DNA of 64,000 nt, from positions 175,398,001 to 175,462,000 of the forward strand of contig OX597817.1 in NCBI GenBank assembly GCA_951406725.2, written 5' to 3'. The translations under genes and the position numbers were made by a program. The notes beneath the pieces were generated by a model. The model ran no database searches and was not told the DNA's origin. It saw only the letters and a list, made by a program, of their open reading frames with translations. Origin of the DNA: Octopus vulgaris. Lineage: Eukaryota. Below are positions 12,001-26,554 of this stretch, piece after piece (the stretch's first letter is position 1; every line of letters begins with the position of its first letter).

Positions 12001-12460
12001 GCTCTGTTGAGGACGGTGAACTGTCGGAGTCGTTATGACGCCGGACAAAATGCTTAGCGGCACTCCGTCCGTCTTTCCATTCTACTTCAAATTCCACCGA
12101 GGTCGACTTTCCCTTTCGTCGTTTCCGGGCCAATGAAATAAGTGCCAGTCAAACATTGGAATCGATGTAATCGACTTGGTCCCTCCCACAAAATTCCAAA
12201 ATGCCTTGTACCTGTATTAGAAAGAATTATTAATATTATCGAGGACGGCAAACTGCCGGAATCGTAAGAATGTCGGATAAAATGCTTTGCAGTATTTCTT
12301 CTGACTCATAACGTCCGGAGTTCAAATTCAGCCCAGGTCAATTTTTGCCTTTCGTCTTTTTGCTGTCGATGAAATAAAAATCAATTGAGCTTTAGGGTCG
12401 ATGTAATCGATAAGCCCCCTCTCTCCCAATTGCAGGCCTCGTGCCTATAGTAGAAAAGAT
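11315..12460 (+). mobile_element. Cluster of about 4 SINE family A copies
   Basis: Heads at about 11315, 11540, 12010 and 12241, some preceded by (TAT)n. Confidence 0.85.
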
Positions 12461-12619
12461 TTGATATTATTGAATTTTTACATTCAGTATCAGAATATTT
12501 TCGTTGCTTCCCTATAATCAAATCATACGAGTATTACGTTCATCTGTGTTTTAAAGGCGTCGTTTTGTTTATATATGTTGCTAGGCACTGCCAATCGCTT
12601 TAGTTTATGTGTGCATGTA

Positions 12620-12656
12620 TTCGTGTGTGTACGTGTGTGTGTATATATATATATAT

Positions 12657-12699
<43 letters not shown>

Positions 12700-12700
12700 C

Positions 12701-12731
<31 letters not shown>

Positions 12732-12746
12732 CATACATACATACAC

Positions 12747-12780
<34 letters not shown>

Positions 12781-12813
12781 ATACATATGTATATGTATAT
12801 GTATATATATATG

Positions 12814-12870
<57 letters not shown>

Positions 12871-12935
12871 ATGTATGTATGTATATATGTACATGTATAT
12901 ATATATATATATGGAAGAGAGAGAGAGAGAGAGAG
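12620..12935. repeat. Compound (TA/TACA/TATG/GA)n microsatellite
   Basis: Direct reading. Confidence 0.95.
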
Positions 12936-13399
12936 TTTGTAGTTGTGGTTAGCATTCTTATGTGCGTAGGTGTGTGTGTGTGTGTTTGCTCGGTGTCAAA
13001 TAAACAGAAATTTGAACAATACAGTGTATTTGCCAGATTAAGAGACAGAGCAGATATAAATTCTCTCACACGTACACACACACACACACACGCACGCACA
13101 AAACACACGATCACATGGAAACACGCCCACATACACGCGTACCTAACTCTTCGCATAAACACACAAACATCCCCTCCCCAACACATAAGAAGGCTCACTA
13201 CAACAAGCTAACAACTACACACATACATGAACACACACACACTTAAACTATTGGCAACAGCATGTCAACAAGAAGGCTCTATTGTAAAAGACAATTAAAT
13301 TCATTACTCATACGACAAGACTACAGAGTTGTAACGAAAGTATTCTTTCATAGAATGAAAAGTTCAACAACAACAGTTATGATTGTTCTTTCTAATTTT

Positions 13400-14980
13400 T
13401 GGCACAAACCCAGCAATTTTACGGGAAGGGATTAGTCAATGACATCGACACCCGTGTTCAACTGGACGAAGGTAAATTCGCCCACTGCAGAATTTGCTCT
13501 CAGAACCTAACGACATAAGAAAATCCGCTAAACATTTTGCCCGGCATATTAATGTTTCTTATTTCTTTACTAACCACAAGCGGCTAAACACAGAGAGGGC
13601 AAACAAGGACAGACAAACGGATTAAGTCGATTTTATCGACCCCCAGTGCGTAACTGGCGCTTATTTAATCGACCCCGAAAGGATGAAAGGCAAAGTCGAC
13701 CTCGGCGGAATTTGAACTCAGAACGTAGTTGCGTACTGTGTCGATCTAATCGATTGGCCCTCTCCCACCAAATTTCGGGCCTTATGCCTATAATAGAAAA
13801 GAAATTGTAGAGCGTCAGAGAGATGTCTTATGGTATTTATTCTGGCTCTTCGTGCCCTGAATTCTGAGACGGTTGACTTAATCTGTTACCTGTGTGTATG
13901 TATGTATGTATGTATCGGGAAGTGGGTAAGTCGATTACGTCAACCTCAGTGATGAACTTGTACTTATTTTATCAACCTCGAAGGATGAAAGGCAAAGTAG
14001 ACCTTGGTGGAATTTGAACTCAGAACGTAAAGACGGACGAAATGTTATTGAAGTACGCTTGGCCTTCGGTTACAATCTTACGCTTGCAACTTAGTGTCAG
14101 GGGACACAACTCTCTCTACAAATTCCGCCGAGGTCGACTTTACCTTTCATTCTTTCGGGGTCGATAAATTAAGTACCAGTTACGCACTGGGGTCGATATA
14201 ATCGACTTAATCCCTTTGTCTGTCCTTGTTTGTCCCTTCTGTGTTTAGCCCCTTGTGGGTAGTAAAGAAATATATTAACTCCCAGCCATCGGTTTCTCCT
14301 TGAATAAACTGTACACCTGCGTTAAATTTTCGTTATTTTCTTTTCATCCTGTTTTTGACACGTTCAGTTCTGAAGATAAAAAAAAAAAGGATGGGGGTAG
14401 AAAAAAGAGAAAAAAAACGCATTTCATATGGAAAGTATAAAGAAGCAACAATTTATTTTAAAATTAAAAATTTAGAAACAGAATATAGAAGACTTAGGCA
14501 TACCTGGTTTTGTTTTACAAAATTATGCAAAACATGTTTACTCAAGAATTTTAAAATTTGGTAAGAATTTTTTTAAAGCGTTAAAATATGTTTTTAATGG
14601 CCTGCAACACAGCTTTGCGATGTGCCTTTGAAAATCACTACAGTAGAATGGCAAGTTACCTGTAGTATGAGTTTCGGATTTTGGCACAAGACCGGCAAGT
14701 ACCAGTTACGCACTGGGGTCGATGTAATTGACTTAATCCGTTTGTCTGACTTTGTTTGTTCCCTCTGTGTTTAGCCCCTTGTGGGTAGTAAAGAAATAGA
14801 TATTTCGTCTGCCGCTACGTTCTGAGTCCAAATTCCGCCGAGGTCGATTTTGCCTTTCATCCTTTCGGGGTCGATTAAATAAGTACCAGTTACGCACTGG
14901 GGTCCGATGTAATCGACTTAAACCCTTTGTCTGTCCATGTTTGTCCCCTCTATGTTTAGCCCCCTGTGGTACTGAAGAAA
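13400..14980. mobile_element. Cluster of SINE family A copies and fragments in both orientations
   Basis: Minus copies at about 13400-13730 and 13920-14045; plus fragments at 14120-14272 and 14697-14980. Confidence 0.85.
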
Positions 14981-15223
14981 TTAATATACGTATGGTCAGT
15001 GACCGGGGGTAGAGGAAGTAAGTTGGAGTCAGCTAGTCTGGCTTATTTCAGAGACTGAAGAAGATGTGTAGGCAATTGTAGGGACCATACATATATTACA
15101 CCCTCTCATGCCCACAACAAACAATTTTTGTTGGTTTTTCTCACATTTCACGGTCAGCTTCGGCTGGCTTCAGGTATGTTCCCACTATTTTCTTGGGATA
15201 ACCTATTGTTTTGAAATTATGTT

Positions 15224-15306
15224 TCATCTAATGATTACGGTTTTTTGAAGTGATGTAATACACTCATTCTTCTACTTAGAAAATGCGTAAGAAACAGCTG
15301 TTATGA
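15224..15306 (+). ncRNA. Type I HHR-like motif with long stem II loop (G5A variant)
   Basis: tcat-CTAATGA-ttacg[46 nt]cgtaa-GAAA-cagctg-TT-atga. Stem III is palindromic ACAGCTGT; a TA tract starts 35 bp downstream. Confidence 0.62.
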
Positions 15307-15339
15307 GCTGACAATTATCCATCGTCTGTTATTCATTTG

Positions 15340-15433
<94 letters not shown>

Positions 15434-15436
<3 letters not shown>

Positions 15437-16180
15437 CCTTCCTCCTGCAACTCAACTTGATTTCGAGCCGGGTCGTCTGCTGCTGGAGAGGACCGATCAG
15501 GTAAAGGACCTGGGTATCTTGGTGGATTCCTCCTTTTCGCCTTCGGCCCAGTGCGTCCATGCTGCCAACAAAGCACGCGGAATTCTGTTCTTGATTCGAC
15601 GGTCATTCGGAATGCTCACAGCAGCCATATTCCTACCACTCTATGTCACGCTGGTGAGACCCATATTGGAGTACGGGATTCAAGCCTCTTCTCCTTATCT
15701 CCTCAAAGACATACAGCATCTTGAAAGAGTCCAGAAGCTGGCTACCCGCATGGTTCTTGGTCTCAAAAATTTGTCCTATGAAGAAAGGCTAAGGACGCTC
15801 GATCTTTATTCTCTAGAAAAACGCCGCCGCCGTGGTGGTCTCATTCTCGCCCACAACATCAGAAGCGGAAAGTGTAACCTCTCGAAATAGCTGTTCTTCA
15901 CTCCTGCTCCAGAGCGTCGGCTGCGGGGTCATTCCGAAAAGCTCTACCTGCAACGATTTCATCTCAATCGAAGGAGAGGAGCTTTCTCCGTCCGGGTTGC
16001 TGATCCGTGGAACAAGCTGCCAGACGAGATGGTGAAGATGCCGACGACCGCTTTGTTCAAAGCCTCCCTTGACCTCAAGTGGCCTGAACTCTTTACATGA
16101 ACACCACCCTGTACTTAACTCCATGTCCCCCTACATGGCCTTGCTATTTGCTTTTGAGCCAAATTAACTAACTAACTAAC
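15434..16180 (+). mobile_element. 5'-truncated CR1-clade LINE inserted in (TA)n
   Basis: ORF2 C-terminus KDLGILVD...LYVTLVRPILEY...LERVQKLATRMV..LSYEERL..L.LYSLEKRRRRG. After an internal stop at 15888 the frame continues LRGHSEKL...FSVRVADPWNKLP to 16100. (TAAC)4 tail at 16165-16180. Confidence 0.92.
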
Positions 16181-16501
<321 letters not shown>

Positions 16502-16682
16502 TAATTAAGGGTTAATTGCAACAAGTTGCTCAAAACCACATACCGAAAATATTAGAAATAGCAGCCAAATTGATTACTATTTCTTCTACTAATACAAAAC
16601 CCCCACAAACAAGCAAATAGAATTTGTAACCTGTATATGGCAAAAATGGAAGAAAATAACGAAATCCCAGCCTATGGATTAA

Positions 16683-16738
16683 TTATAGACGAATCGTTTC
16701 TGGATTAGAACCGAAGGCTCATTTCCTCGTCAATATAA
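16683..16738 (-). ncRNA. Type I HHR-like motif (C3U variant) in a TA-flanked element (about 16500-16965)
   Basis: ttata-TTGACGA-gga[aatgagccttcggttctaa]tcc-a-GAAA-cgattcg-TC-tataa. 5-bp stem I, quasi-palindromic stem III, triplet GUC. Confidence 0.65.
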
Positions 16739-16962
16739 TATTTCCTATAAATCTAGAAATGCTAGGGGAAAAAACTTACCCGTTACACCAGCACGATCAG
16801 CGACATCGAACGATCTAACGAAACTGCTAGCATTCCTACACTTATACAGACATGCGAATTCGTATCTCCCTCCAAAATTACCACGTGAGCCACAAAAAGA
16901 TTTCTTGTAAGGGAGCAATAGTATTCAATATGCAATAAAGGGTGGAATATATTCCACCCTTT

Positions 16963-17004
<42 letters not shown>

Positions 17005-17374
17005 AGAGAGAGTGACCCCCTTCGGTCAGACACTGATCATGGGTTTGCACCTAAAGAGTTACCCTCCGAGGCACAAGTCTGGGCAAGGTTGTTTTTTTTT
17101 TATGGAAGACCAGCAGTCGCTCATGCATACCGGCCTCCCCTCTCCACGTCACCGATGTTGTCCAAGGGAAAGGCAAAGGGGCCGATACAGCTTGGCACCA
17201 GTGACGTCGCAACTCATTTCTACAGCTGAGTGAACTGGAGCAACGTGAAATAAAGTGTCTTGCTCAAGAACACAACACGCAGCCCGGTATAAATACACCC
17301 CACATACACACATACATATATGTGTGCGTGTGTGTGTATGTATGTGTGTGTGTATGTGTGTGTGTGTGTGTGTA

Positions 17375-17735
17375 TGGAGGCGCAGTGGCCCAGTGGTTAG
17401 GGCAGCGAACTCGTGGTCGTAGGATCGCGATTTCGATTCCCAGACCGAGCGTTGTGAGTATTTATTGAGCGAAAACACCTAAAATTCTACCAGGTTCCGG
17501 CACGAGAAAGTGGTGAACCCTGCTGTACTCTTTCACCACAAATTTCTCTCACCTGTATTTCAAAGGGGCAGCCTTGTCACACTCTGTGTCACGCTGAATC
17601 TCCTGGAGAACTACGTTAAGAGTACACGTGTCTGTGGAGTGTTCAGCCACTTGCACGTTAATTTCACGAGCAGGTTGTTCCGTTGATTGTATCAACTGGA
17701 ACCCTCATCGTCGCAACCAATGGAGTGCCACGACG
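17375..17735 (+). mobile_element. tRNA-derived SINE family C
   Basis: ggaggcgcagtggcccagtggttagggcagcgaactcg...tttcgattcccagacc...ggagtgccacgacgacg. Related copies at 18555 (head only), 45502-45880 and 53700-54016. Confidence 0.88.
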
Positions 17736-17769
17736 ACGATCTAAATAAATATAGATATATATGTGTATT

Positions 17770-18041
<272 letters not shown>

Positions 18042-18110
18042 CATATTACTCTACCACTGGTATTTGAGTACTCTTTTTTCCACCTTGTTTCACATTTATG
18101 TGTTTACTCC

Positions 18111-18150
<40 letters not shown>

Positions 18151-19565
18151 TAGATAGATAGATATTAGGAAGATTTGCTTGTGATAAGAAATTGTAAAGA
18201 AATTAGATATATTCCAATAGCAAGAATAAAATGGGTCGAAACTTCTTACAGGAGACGTACTCTATTTTATTCCTCAATCGAGAGCACAGAATGATCAACC
18301 GATGAATAAAGCAGGCTTAATTTGCTTTATATTTGTGCTTTAGACGACTTATTACCAATTAAACAGTTTAATACAATGTTTATATTTCCATTATTTCAGA
18401 AGAAATAATTGAATCCTTTTTTTTGGCTAATTGTGCCGCATTTCAGTTTCTGAATTTAAAAAATATCTGCTTGAAATAAGAGGACCTCCATGGGTACAAC
18501 CATTTCCATACGGACAGTAAAACGTGGACATCACAGGGGCAAGCGTGGTAGTGTGGCGAAATGGCCTAGTGGTTAGGGCAGTGGACTCGCGGTCGTAGGA
18601 TCGCAGTTTCGATTCCCAGACCGGGCGTTGTGAGTGTTATGCCTAAATGGCAAATTCTATGAAATAAAGAAGCTAGCTTCCCAACCACAGTCCCACTGCG
18701 TGACAACCTTGGGCAAGTGTCTTTTATTATTATAGCTTCGGGCCGATCAAGGCTTTTTGAGTGGATTTGGTAAGCGGAAACTGAAAGAAACATGCCGTGT
18801 ATATATTTATGTGTTATTGTGTGTCAGTCTGTCTATCCACCCCCATCACCGCTTGACAACCGGTGGTAGTGTGTTTACGTTCCTGTAACGTAGCGGTTCG
18901 GCAAAGAGACCGATTGAATAAGTACCAGGCTTAACAAAATGAAGTCCTGCGGTCGATGCCCCAGCATGGTCGCAGTCTAATGACTGAAACAAGAATACGA
19001 TAAAACATAAAATATTGATTTTTAACATCAAAATATAGCTCCCATGGTGAGGACGCATATCATAGGGATCGGTATTTTTCACTCATGATCAGAAGACCGC
19101 GATTTCGATTCCTGGACTAGGTGGTGCTTTGTGTATTTATGCAAAATCCTTAATTTCACGCTGTTCCAGTTCATTTAGCTGTAAATCATTTCCGGCAATA
19201 GCTGTGAGGTAAACCATGCGACGGACCGGCGTCGTTTTCAATGCGAGTAGTGTAATTTCAATCACTTATACGCCATGGAAGCCGGCTTAAGACTCGGTCT
19301 TATAAAACCTAATGCTCATGAAAATAAATAAACGAATGAATGAATAAATAAATAAATGCTTTCAAAGTCCACCAAAAGAAGTTCAAGAGAGAAGGGGAGC
19401 AGAAAATAGAGTGAAAAGAGGATGAAAAAGAGAAGTAACGAAGTAATACTTTAAGTAATAATTTCTTTAAATATAAATGCTGGAAGCAATTCAAAATCCT
19501 TTTGAAAATTTAACAAAAGGAAATAAATAAATATCATTGAGATGAAAATAGGGAAATACGTATAT

Positions 19566-19800
19566 TATTGTATGTAGATTTTGCTGTGTCTGGGGAGAGT
19601 CAAATTGTCTTATTGCCTTATTATCTAACACACTCACCGATTCGATTTTCACTCATTTATTATTTTTATTTTTTATTTTAAAATTTTTGCTGCTTTTGCA
19701 ACCTTGTCAATAAGTGGAAATCGAATTGGTGAATGTGTTAGATAGTAAGGTATTAAGACAATATGACTCTGCCCAGATACAACAAAATTTGCTTCAACAC
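19566..19800. mobile_element. MITE-like element with about 80-bp imperfect TIRs
   Basis: ttttgctgtgtctggggagagtc...aacacactcaccgattcgatttt mirrored by aaatcgaattggtgaatgtgttag...gactctgcccagatacaacaaaa. Confidence 0.7.
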
Positions 19801-19932
19801 ACGAATTCACATAAAGAATCTTGCGAACTAAATACAAAAACAAAATAGCAGGTAGAGTTACCTACATTTATAAGTATTCAAAAGGAAAATATTTAGGAAA
19901 AAGAAATAGTTTCAATTCATATGTGATTACAT

Positions 19933-20094
19933 AGGCGTAGGAGTGGGTGGTAAGTAGCTTGCTTACGAACCATATGGTTCCGGGTTCAGAACCACTGCGT
20001 GGCACCTTGGGCAAGTGTCTTCTACTATAGCCTCGGTCCAACCTAAGCCTTGTGAGTGGATTTGGTAGACAGAAACTGAAAGAAGCCCGTCGTA

Positions 20095-20157
<63 letters not shown>

Positions 20158-20310
20158 GTGTGTGTGTGTGTGTGTGTATATGTTTGTGTGTCTGTGTTTG
20201 TCCCCGTAACATAGCGGGGATAAGTCCTGGGGTCGATTTGCTCGACTAAAGGCGGTGCTCCAGCATGACCACAGTTACATGACTGAAACAAGTAAAAGAG
20301 TAAAAGAGTA
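19933..20310 (+). mobile_element. SINE family B
   Basis: Head, gcaccttgggcaagtgtctt, internal (TA)n(TG)n and 3' end gtaaaagagtaaaagag. Confidence 0.9.
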
Positions 20311-20329
20311 TATGGGATTTCTCATTAGC

Positions 20330-22620
20330 CGGCGAGAATCGTCAGCACGTTGGGCAAAATGTTTAGAAGTATTTCACCCGTCTTTACGATCTGAGTTCAA
20401 GTTCTCCCGATGTCGATTTTGCCTTTCATCCTTTCGGGGTTGATAAAGTAAACACCAGTTGAACACTGGGGTCAATGTAATCGATTTACCCCACCCCCGA
20501 AATTGCTGGCCTTGTGCCAAAATTTGTAACCAATATTTAGTAATAAATTAAGTCAGCGTGCTGGCAGAATCGTTACCGTGTCGGACAAAATGCTTAGCGG
20601 TATTACGTCCGTCTTTGAGTTCGAATTCTGCTGTGGTTGACTTTGCTTTTTATCCTTTCGGGGTCGATAAAATAAGTACCAGCTGAATACTAGAGTCGAT
20701 GTAATTCGAATAGCCCCCTCCCACATAATTTCAGAAAGGATATGAGAAACCAGAATGAATTCCATAAGACATCTCTCTGACGCTCTACAATTTCTTTTCT
20801 ATTATAGGCACAAGGGCCGAAATTTTTTTTTTTGGGGGGGGGCAGCCGATTAGATCGACCACAGTACGCAAATGGTACTCAATTTATCGACCCCGAAAGG
20901 ATTAAACGCAAAGTCGACCTCGGCAGAATTTGAACTCAGAACGTATAGACAGACGAAATACAGCTAAGCATTTCGCCCGGCGTACTAACGATTCTGTCAG
21001 CTCACCGCTTTTCACTTAATGCCCCCCCCCCGGTGGCAAGGCGAGCACGCAAATGGCGTATAAGTGGCTGATACTCGACATTCTCACTAAACGGGATGCC
21101 AATCCGTCTCAGGATAACCAATTGAGTTGAGTGAAATGGAACAACATGAAATAAAGCTTTTCGCTCAAAAACACAAGGCACCACCCGATACGGGGATCGA
21201 ATCCCCGATCGTGAGATCGTGGATACGATACCTTAACCACTAGACCACTCGCCTTCATATAGAATCTTCTACATATCTCAGAATGCTAGATACAACAGCC
21301 ATTTTTTTCTTCAAAAAGAACTCAACAACTTCATGCATGTTTATACGTTTGCTTGAATCAAAGAGCAAGATCTTCCTCAAACTTTCGGCTTCTGTCTCAT
21401 GCCATTTCAATACAATACCCAGTTACTACCGGGTACCTCAGTTTTTCAGAAACTAAACTAAAAGAGTAGTGTTAGCAATTAACATGTTTCAATATTTCAA
21501 TATTCTTTTCTACTCTTGGCACAAGGCCCGAAATTTGGGGGAATGGGGCCTGTCGATTAGCTGACCCTCGTACGCAAGTGCTACTTAATTTTTCGACCCC
21601 GAAAGGGCTCACCGCCTTGCACATGTATCAATATTAATAATAAAACTAAAGCGGTGAGCTGGTAGAATCGTTAGCAGGCCGGACAAAATGCTAAACGACA
21701 TTTCGTCTGTCAATACGCTCTGAGTCCGACTTTGCCTTTCATCCTTTCGGGGTCGATTAAATAAGTACCAGTTACGCACTGGGATCGATGTAATCGACTT
21801 AATCCGTTTGCCTGTCCTTGTTTGTCCCCTCTGTGTTTAGACCCTTGTGGGTAGTAAAGAAATAGGTGTTTCGTCTGTCTTTACGTTCTGAGTTCAAATT
21901 CCGTCGAGGTCGACTTTGCCATTCATACTTTCGGGGTCGATAAATTAGGTACTAGTTACGCACTAGGGTCGATGCAATCGACTTAATCCCTTTATCTGTC
22001 CTTGTTTGTCCCTTCTATGTTTAGCCCCTTGAAGGCAATAAAGAAATAATAATCGTTAGCAGGCCGGACAAAATGCTTAGCGATATTTCGTCCGTCAATA
22101 CGTTCTGAATTCAATATCCGCCGAGGTCGACTTTGCCTTTTATCATTTCAGGGTCGGGAAATTAAGCACCAGTTACGCACTGGGGTCGATGTAAAATTTC
22201 CCTAAAATTTCAGGCTTTGTGCCTATAATAGAAAACTATTAATAGTGAAACTAAAGCGATGAGCTGGTAGAATCGTTAGCACTCCGAGTAAAATGCTTAG
22301 CAGCATTTCGTCCGCCTGTGCTTTCCGAGTTCAAACTCTAGCGAGGTCGACTTTACATTTCATCCTTTCGGAGCCGATATAATAAATACCAGTTGAATAC
22401 TGGAGTCGATATAATCGACTTAGTCCTTTTCTGTGCCAAAATACGAAACCAATGTAAATAGTAAATCTCCGTCAGTACGTTCTGTGTTGAAATGCAGCCG
22501 AGGCTTTGCAGTTTCATTCTCTTAAGATCGATAAAATAAGTACCAGTTCTGCATTAGGGTTGGTGTAATCGACTCCCCCTCCCCTGAACTTACTGGCCCT
22601 GTGCCTAAATTTGAAGTCAA
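20330..22620. mobile_element. Dense SINE field (about 10 family A copies, one CORE-like at 21050-21260), including a head-to-tail array at 21650-22620
   Basis: Repeated gaggtcgactttgcctttcatcctttcggggtcga..aagtaccagttacgcact motif. Confidence 0.88.
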
Positions 22621-23636
22621 CATTTAATAATAAAACTACAAAGAAATATAATTTTGATAGTTATTTTGTAATTTTTTTTATCGTTTATTTGTTTCAGTCA
22701 TTGGACTGCAGCCATGCTGGGATAGTGTCTTGAATGCGATTGTTGAACAAATCGATCCCATTTCATTCTATCGGTGTGGATGGAGACGTAAACAAACCGA
22801 TATAGGTTTCAAGTAGTAGCGGGGGATGGGAGCGGTTGGCAAACTCAAGCACAAACACACAGAGACAAATACATGTGCGTGCGCGAGTATGCATGCATTT
22901 AAAAGCATAACATTTTTTAAAACAGACACCTAAAAACCCATCCTGAAGTGGAAAATCAAATAGCGTAGATGCGAAAATATGTAAAAATCATTTATTAAAC
23001 TAAGCTAATATATTTTTTAAAATATTTTTTCGTGCTACCACTTTTTTATTATGAACCAATACCGACGTAAGTTGAAATATACCTGTATTTTTCTTAAATC
23101 ATATACAGAATATTTTTCACTTTAACTATTTATCTCGGCAAAAGAAACACACACACACACACACACACACACGCCAAAACGAAAATTAATGAACGAAAAA
23201 ACACATAAAATTTCAACTGCTCAATCTCATATTTTATTTAGAATGGATAATAAATAACAATATTTAACAATCAAATTAGAATACGGATATGGTATTAGAT
23301 CATTTTATCATTAACTGGGTATTTATTTTTATAAATCTAGTTTGGAAATTCGTTTTATTGTAATATAATCAATATTTTAGGAAAATGGAGTCGAAAACGT
23401 AATGTTTAGCTAACAGGCTAAGGGAAGCAATCAAAAACTAACTGTTCTATAAATCTACGGAGTTACTTCCCTTGCATTAATAAGTTCGCTTTTTGGCATT
23501 TTCGTTTCACCAGTTGACAATCGCTTTGTTTATTCAGCTATTTCTAAACTTTGAATCAGTTTTCTTGTAAAGAAATTCCATTATACAAAGGTAAAACAGT
23601 GTACATATACATAATAACACCCTTATATATATTTTA

Positions 23637-24070
23637 GGCGCAGGTGTGTCTATGAGGTAAGAAGCTTGTATTCAACCACATGGTTCTAGGTTCAGTCCCA
23701 CTGCGTGGCATCTTGGTCAAGTGTCTTTTACTACTGCCTCGGGTCGACCAAAGCCTTGTGAATGGATTTGCTAGACGGAAACTGAAAGAAGCCCGTCGTG
23801 TATATGTGTGTGTGTGATGTGTGTGTGTGTGTGTGTGTGTGTGTATTTGTGTGTTTGTGTCTATGTTTGTCCTCCCATCATTGCTTGACAACCGATGTTG
23901 GTGCGTTTATGTCCCCGTAACTTAGCGGTTCGGCAAAAGAATTCGATAGAATAAGTACTAGGCCTACAAAAAAATAAATCCTAGGGTCGATCTGTTCGAT
24001 TAAAACCCCTTAAGGCGGTGCTACAGCATGGCTACAACCAAATAGCTGAAACAAATAAAAGAATAAAAGA
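23637..24070 (+). mobile_element. SINE family B, full length
   Basis: All diagnostic blocks present. Confidence 0.9.
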
Positions 24071-24123
24071 ATATATATATATATATATATAAATATATAT
24101 ATATAGCATAATTAAATCTCAGA

Positions 24124-25082
24124 ATGAGAAACTATAAGGTTAAACATAATAATGTAGGGCAAAACAGTGTACATAAAGGAGTGTACATAAAAGTGTAATG
24201 TTATACAATAAGTAAAATATGTATAAGAGAAAATAAATATAAGTACACATAGATATAAACATAGACTACATCTTACAGCTGTTTCGGCCATGTAGATAAG
24301 TATGTCTCATTTTACTTATATTAGCCATTTATGGTAGGTCAATATGTAGTTATAAATGAGACATTTACAAAAATATCCTAAGGCCTCTTTGGAGATTATG
24401 TGACACAAATCAGATTACATACATACTTATATAGGTGTGGGTACATACCCATAATAAAACATATACATATACATATGAGTGCATATACTCATACTCCCAT
24501 GACAATGATAATGATGCTAACATTAATGACATTTTGGAAATTAATAAGAATTAATATAATGTACTCTTGACTCTGTATATCTGCATTTAGGCATTAATAT
24601 GTGTATGTTTTTCTACATTGTAATTATCACAATATTAAGTTGAAAAACTGTAACATTGAATGTGGAACATATGTATGTTTATTAATTTATATTATTTATA
24701 TCATTATGTATATGTATATTTATATGTATAGGAGTATGAGTATATGCACTCATATGTATATGTATATGTTTTATTATGGGTATGTATGTAATCTGATTTG
24801 TATCACATAATTTCCGAAGAGGCCTTAGGATATTTTTGTAAATGTCTCATTTATAACTACATATTGACCTACCATAAATGGCTAATATAAGTAAAATGAG
24901 ACATACTTATCTACATGGCCGAAACAGCTGTAAGATGTAGTCTATATTTATATCTATGTGTACTTATATTTATTTTCTCTTATACATATTCTACTTATTG
25001 TATAACATTACTCTTTTATGTACACTCCTTTATGTACACTGTTTTGCCCTACATTATTATGTTTAACCTTATAGTTTCTCAT
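24124..25082. repeat. Large inverted repeat (arms 24124-24497 and 24731-25082) in a TA-flanked element (about 24106-25344)
   Basis: The arms are near-identical reverse complements of about 350-370 bp, with a 233-bp spacer. Confidence 0.95.
24810..24936 (+). ncRNA. Type I HHR-like motif with a 92-nt stem II insertion (mirror copy at 24270-24396 on minus)
   Basis: attt-CCGAAGA-ggcc[92 nt containing atgtctcattt/aaatgagacat]ggcc-GAAA-cagctg-TA-agat. The minus copy has a perfect stem I (atct/agat) but core CCAAAGA. Confidence 0.68.
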
Positions 25083-25338
25083 GTGGTGGTTTAATAAAGT
25101 ATGTGATTGAGTATTATCTAGTAATTGATATTTGATTTCGATGTATTTCTCCATTTTCTTATTTTGTATTATGAATTTGTGGTAAATCATTTTGCCTTTG
25201 CTCATATAATACTGTAAATGAATTAATTGCATCGCAATTCTTAACATTTATATATTAACTTTGTTGGGTACTTCACTAGCAGTATATTGGATATATGTTA
25301 TCCCATGGAGGGTTGCATTTACAACCCCTATCTCAATT

Positions 25339-25400
<62 letters not shown>

Positions 25401-25925
25401 TGAATTGCGTTTTTACCGCTTGGATCGCTTTCAATGCCACTACATCCCGTCCGATTCGCTCCAAAATTTACAGGGACACGTAGAATGAGGTGACGATGCG
25501 CGTGGGCTACCTTAGAAATCCCTACCTTAAAAGGTGTGGTTGCTAGGGGCCATCTTCCTCACTCACCCTACTTTCTCCAGTACTCTCTCACTTCTCTTCA
25601 TTTGACAATGCCACTACGGTTATTTAATGTAAAGTCTTCCTCAAATCACTCTCTCGCTGTTTCCTCTCTTCCAAGAACATTTTCACTCACTCTTATCTCT
25701 TAGCTTCCCATACATTTTACTCATGTATCTATCAGTTTCATAGACAGAAACAAATATTACATCGCCATCGCCATCGCATTCTATTGTCTACCTGTCAACA
25801 CACACACACACACACATATACATATATCTAATATTATATTTTTATTTTTATGTTTTTGTTTTTGGTTTTTTACTGTTTCATTTCCCTATTAGTGGTTTTA
25901 TCTCTAATTTAATTTCTACAGCGTG

Positions 25926-25957
<32 letters not shown>

Positions 25958-26554
25958 TATGTGGCCCCAGTACACCCGAATGAAATCGGGTTCTCTTCAT
26001 CAAAATGTGAAAAGGGGTCTACAATTATCATCGCCACAACTTATGTATGTCTTCCTCACTCACTCACTCACTCTTTTTCCTAATGATAATTATCATCGCC
26101 ACCACCAACACACAATCATGATAATCTTTCTCTTAAAACAAATCATGTTTACATTGCAAACTATTTCATTTTCCCGTCCTCTCTTTCATATATCACCTTT
26201 TCTTTCCCGAGCTCTCTCTTTTTTCGCCGTCTCTATTTATTCTACAACGAGTCTATCAATGACAGCCGCAAAAGTTTCAATATTCCTACTTCACCTCTTT
26301 CAGAAACGCAACAGATATATATTTTTTTTGCCGGGGTTAAAGCCCACTACATCCCGTCGGATTCACTCCAAAATTTACACCTTCTCTTTCTACCTCTAAC
26401 TCCCATTCAATTTCTCTTTATCTCCATTCTTAAAGATAATTATCATCGCCGCCACCACCACCAACACACAATCTGGACAATCTTTCTCTTATAACAAATC
26501 ATGTTTACATTGCAACGACGTCTGCCACCTCCGCCGTCTCTATTTATTCTGCAA

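Noticed and set aside
12523-13211. Long YI/HT/CV-rich ORFs (also near 16168, 28440, 36674, 47210, 57553, 60298)
   Set aside because: Translations of stop-free microsatellites; no protein-like complexity.
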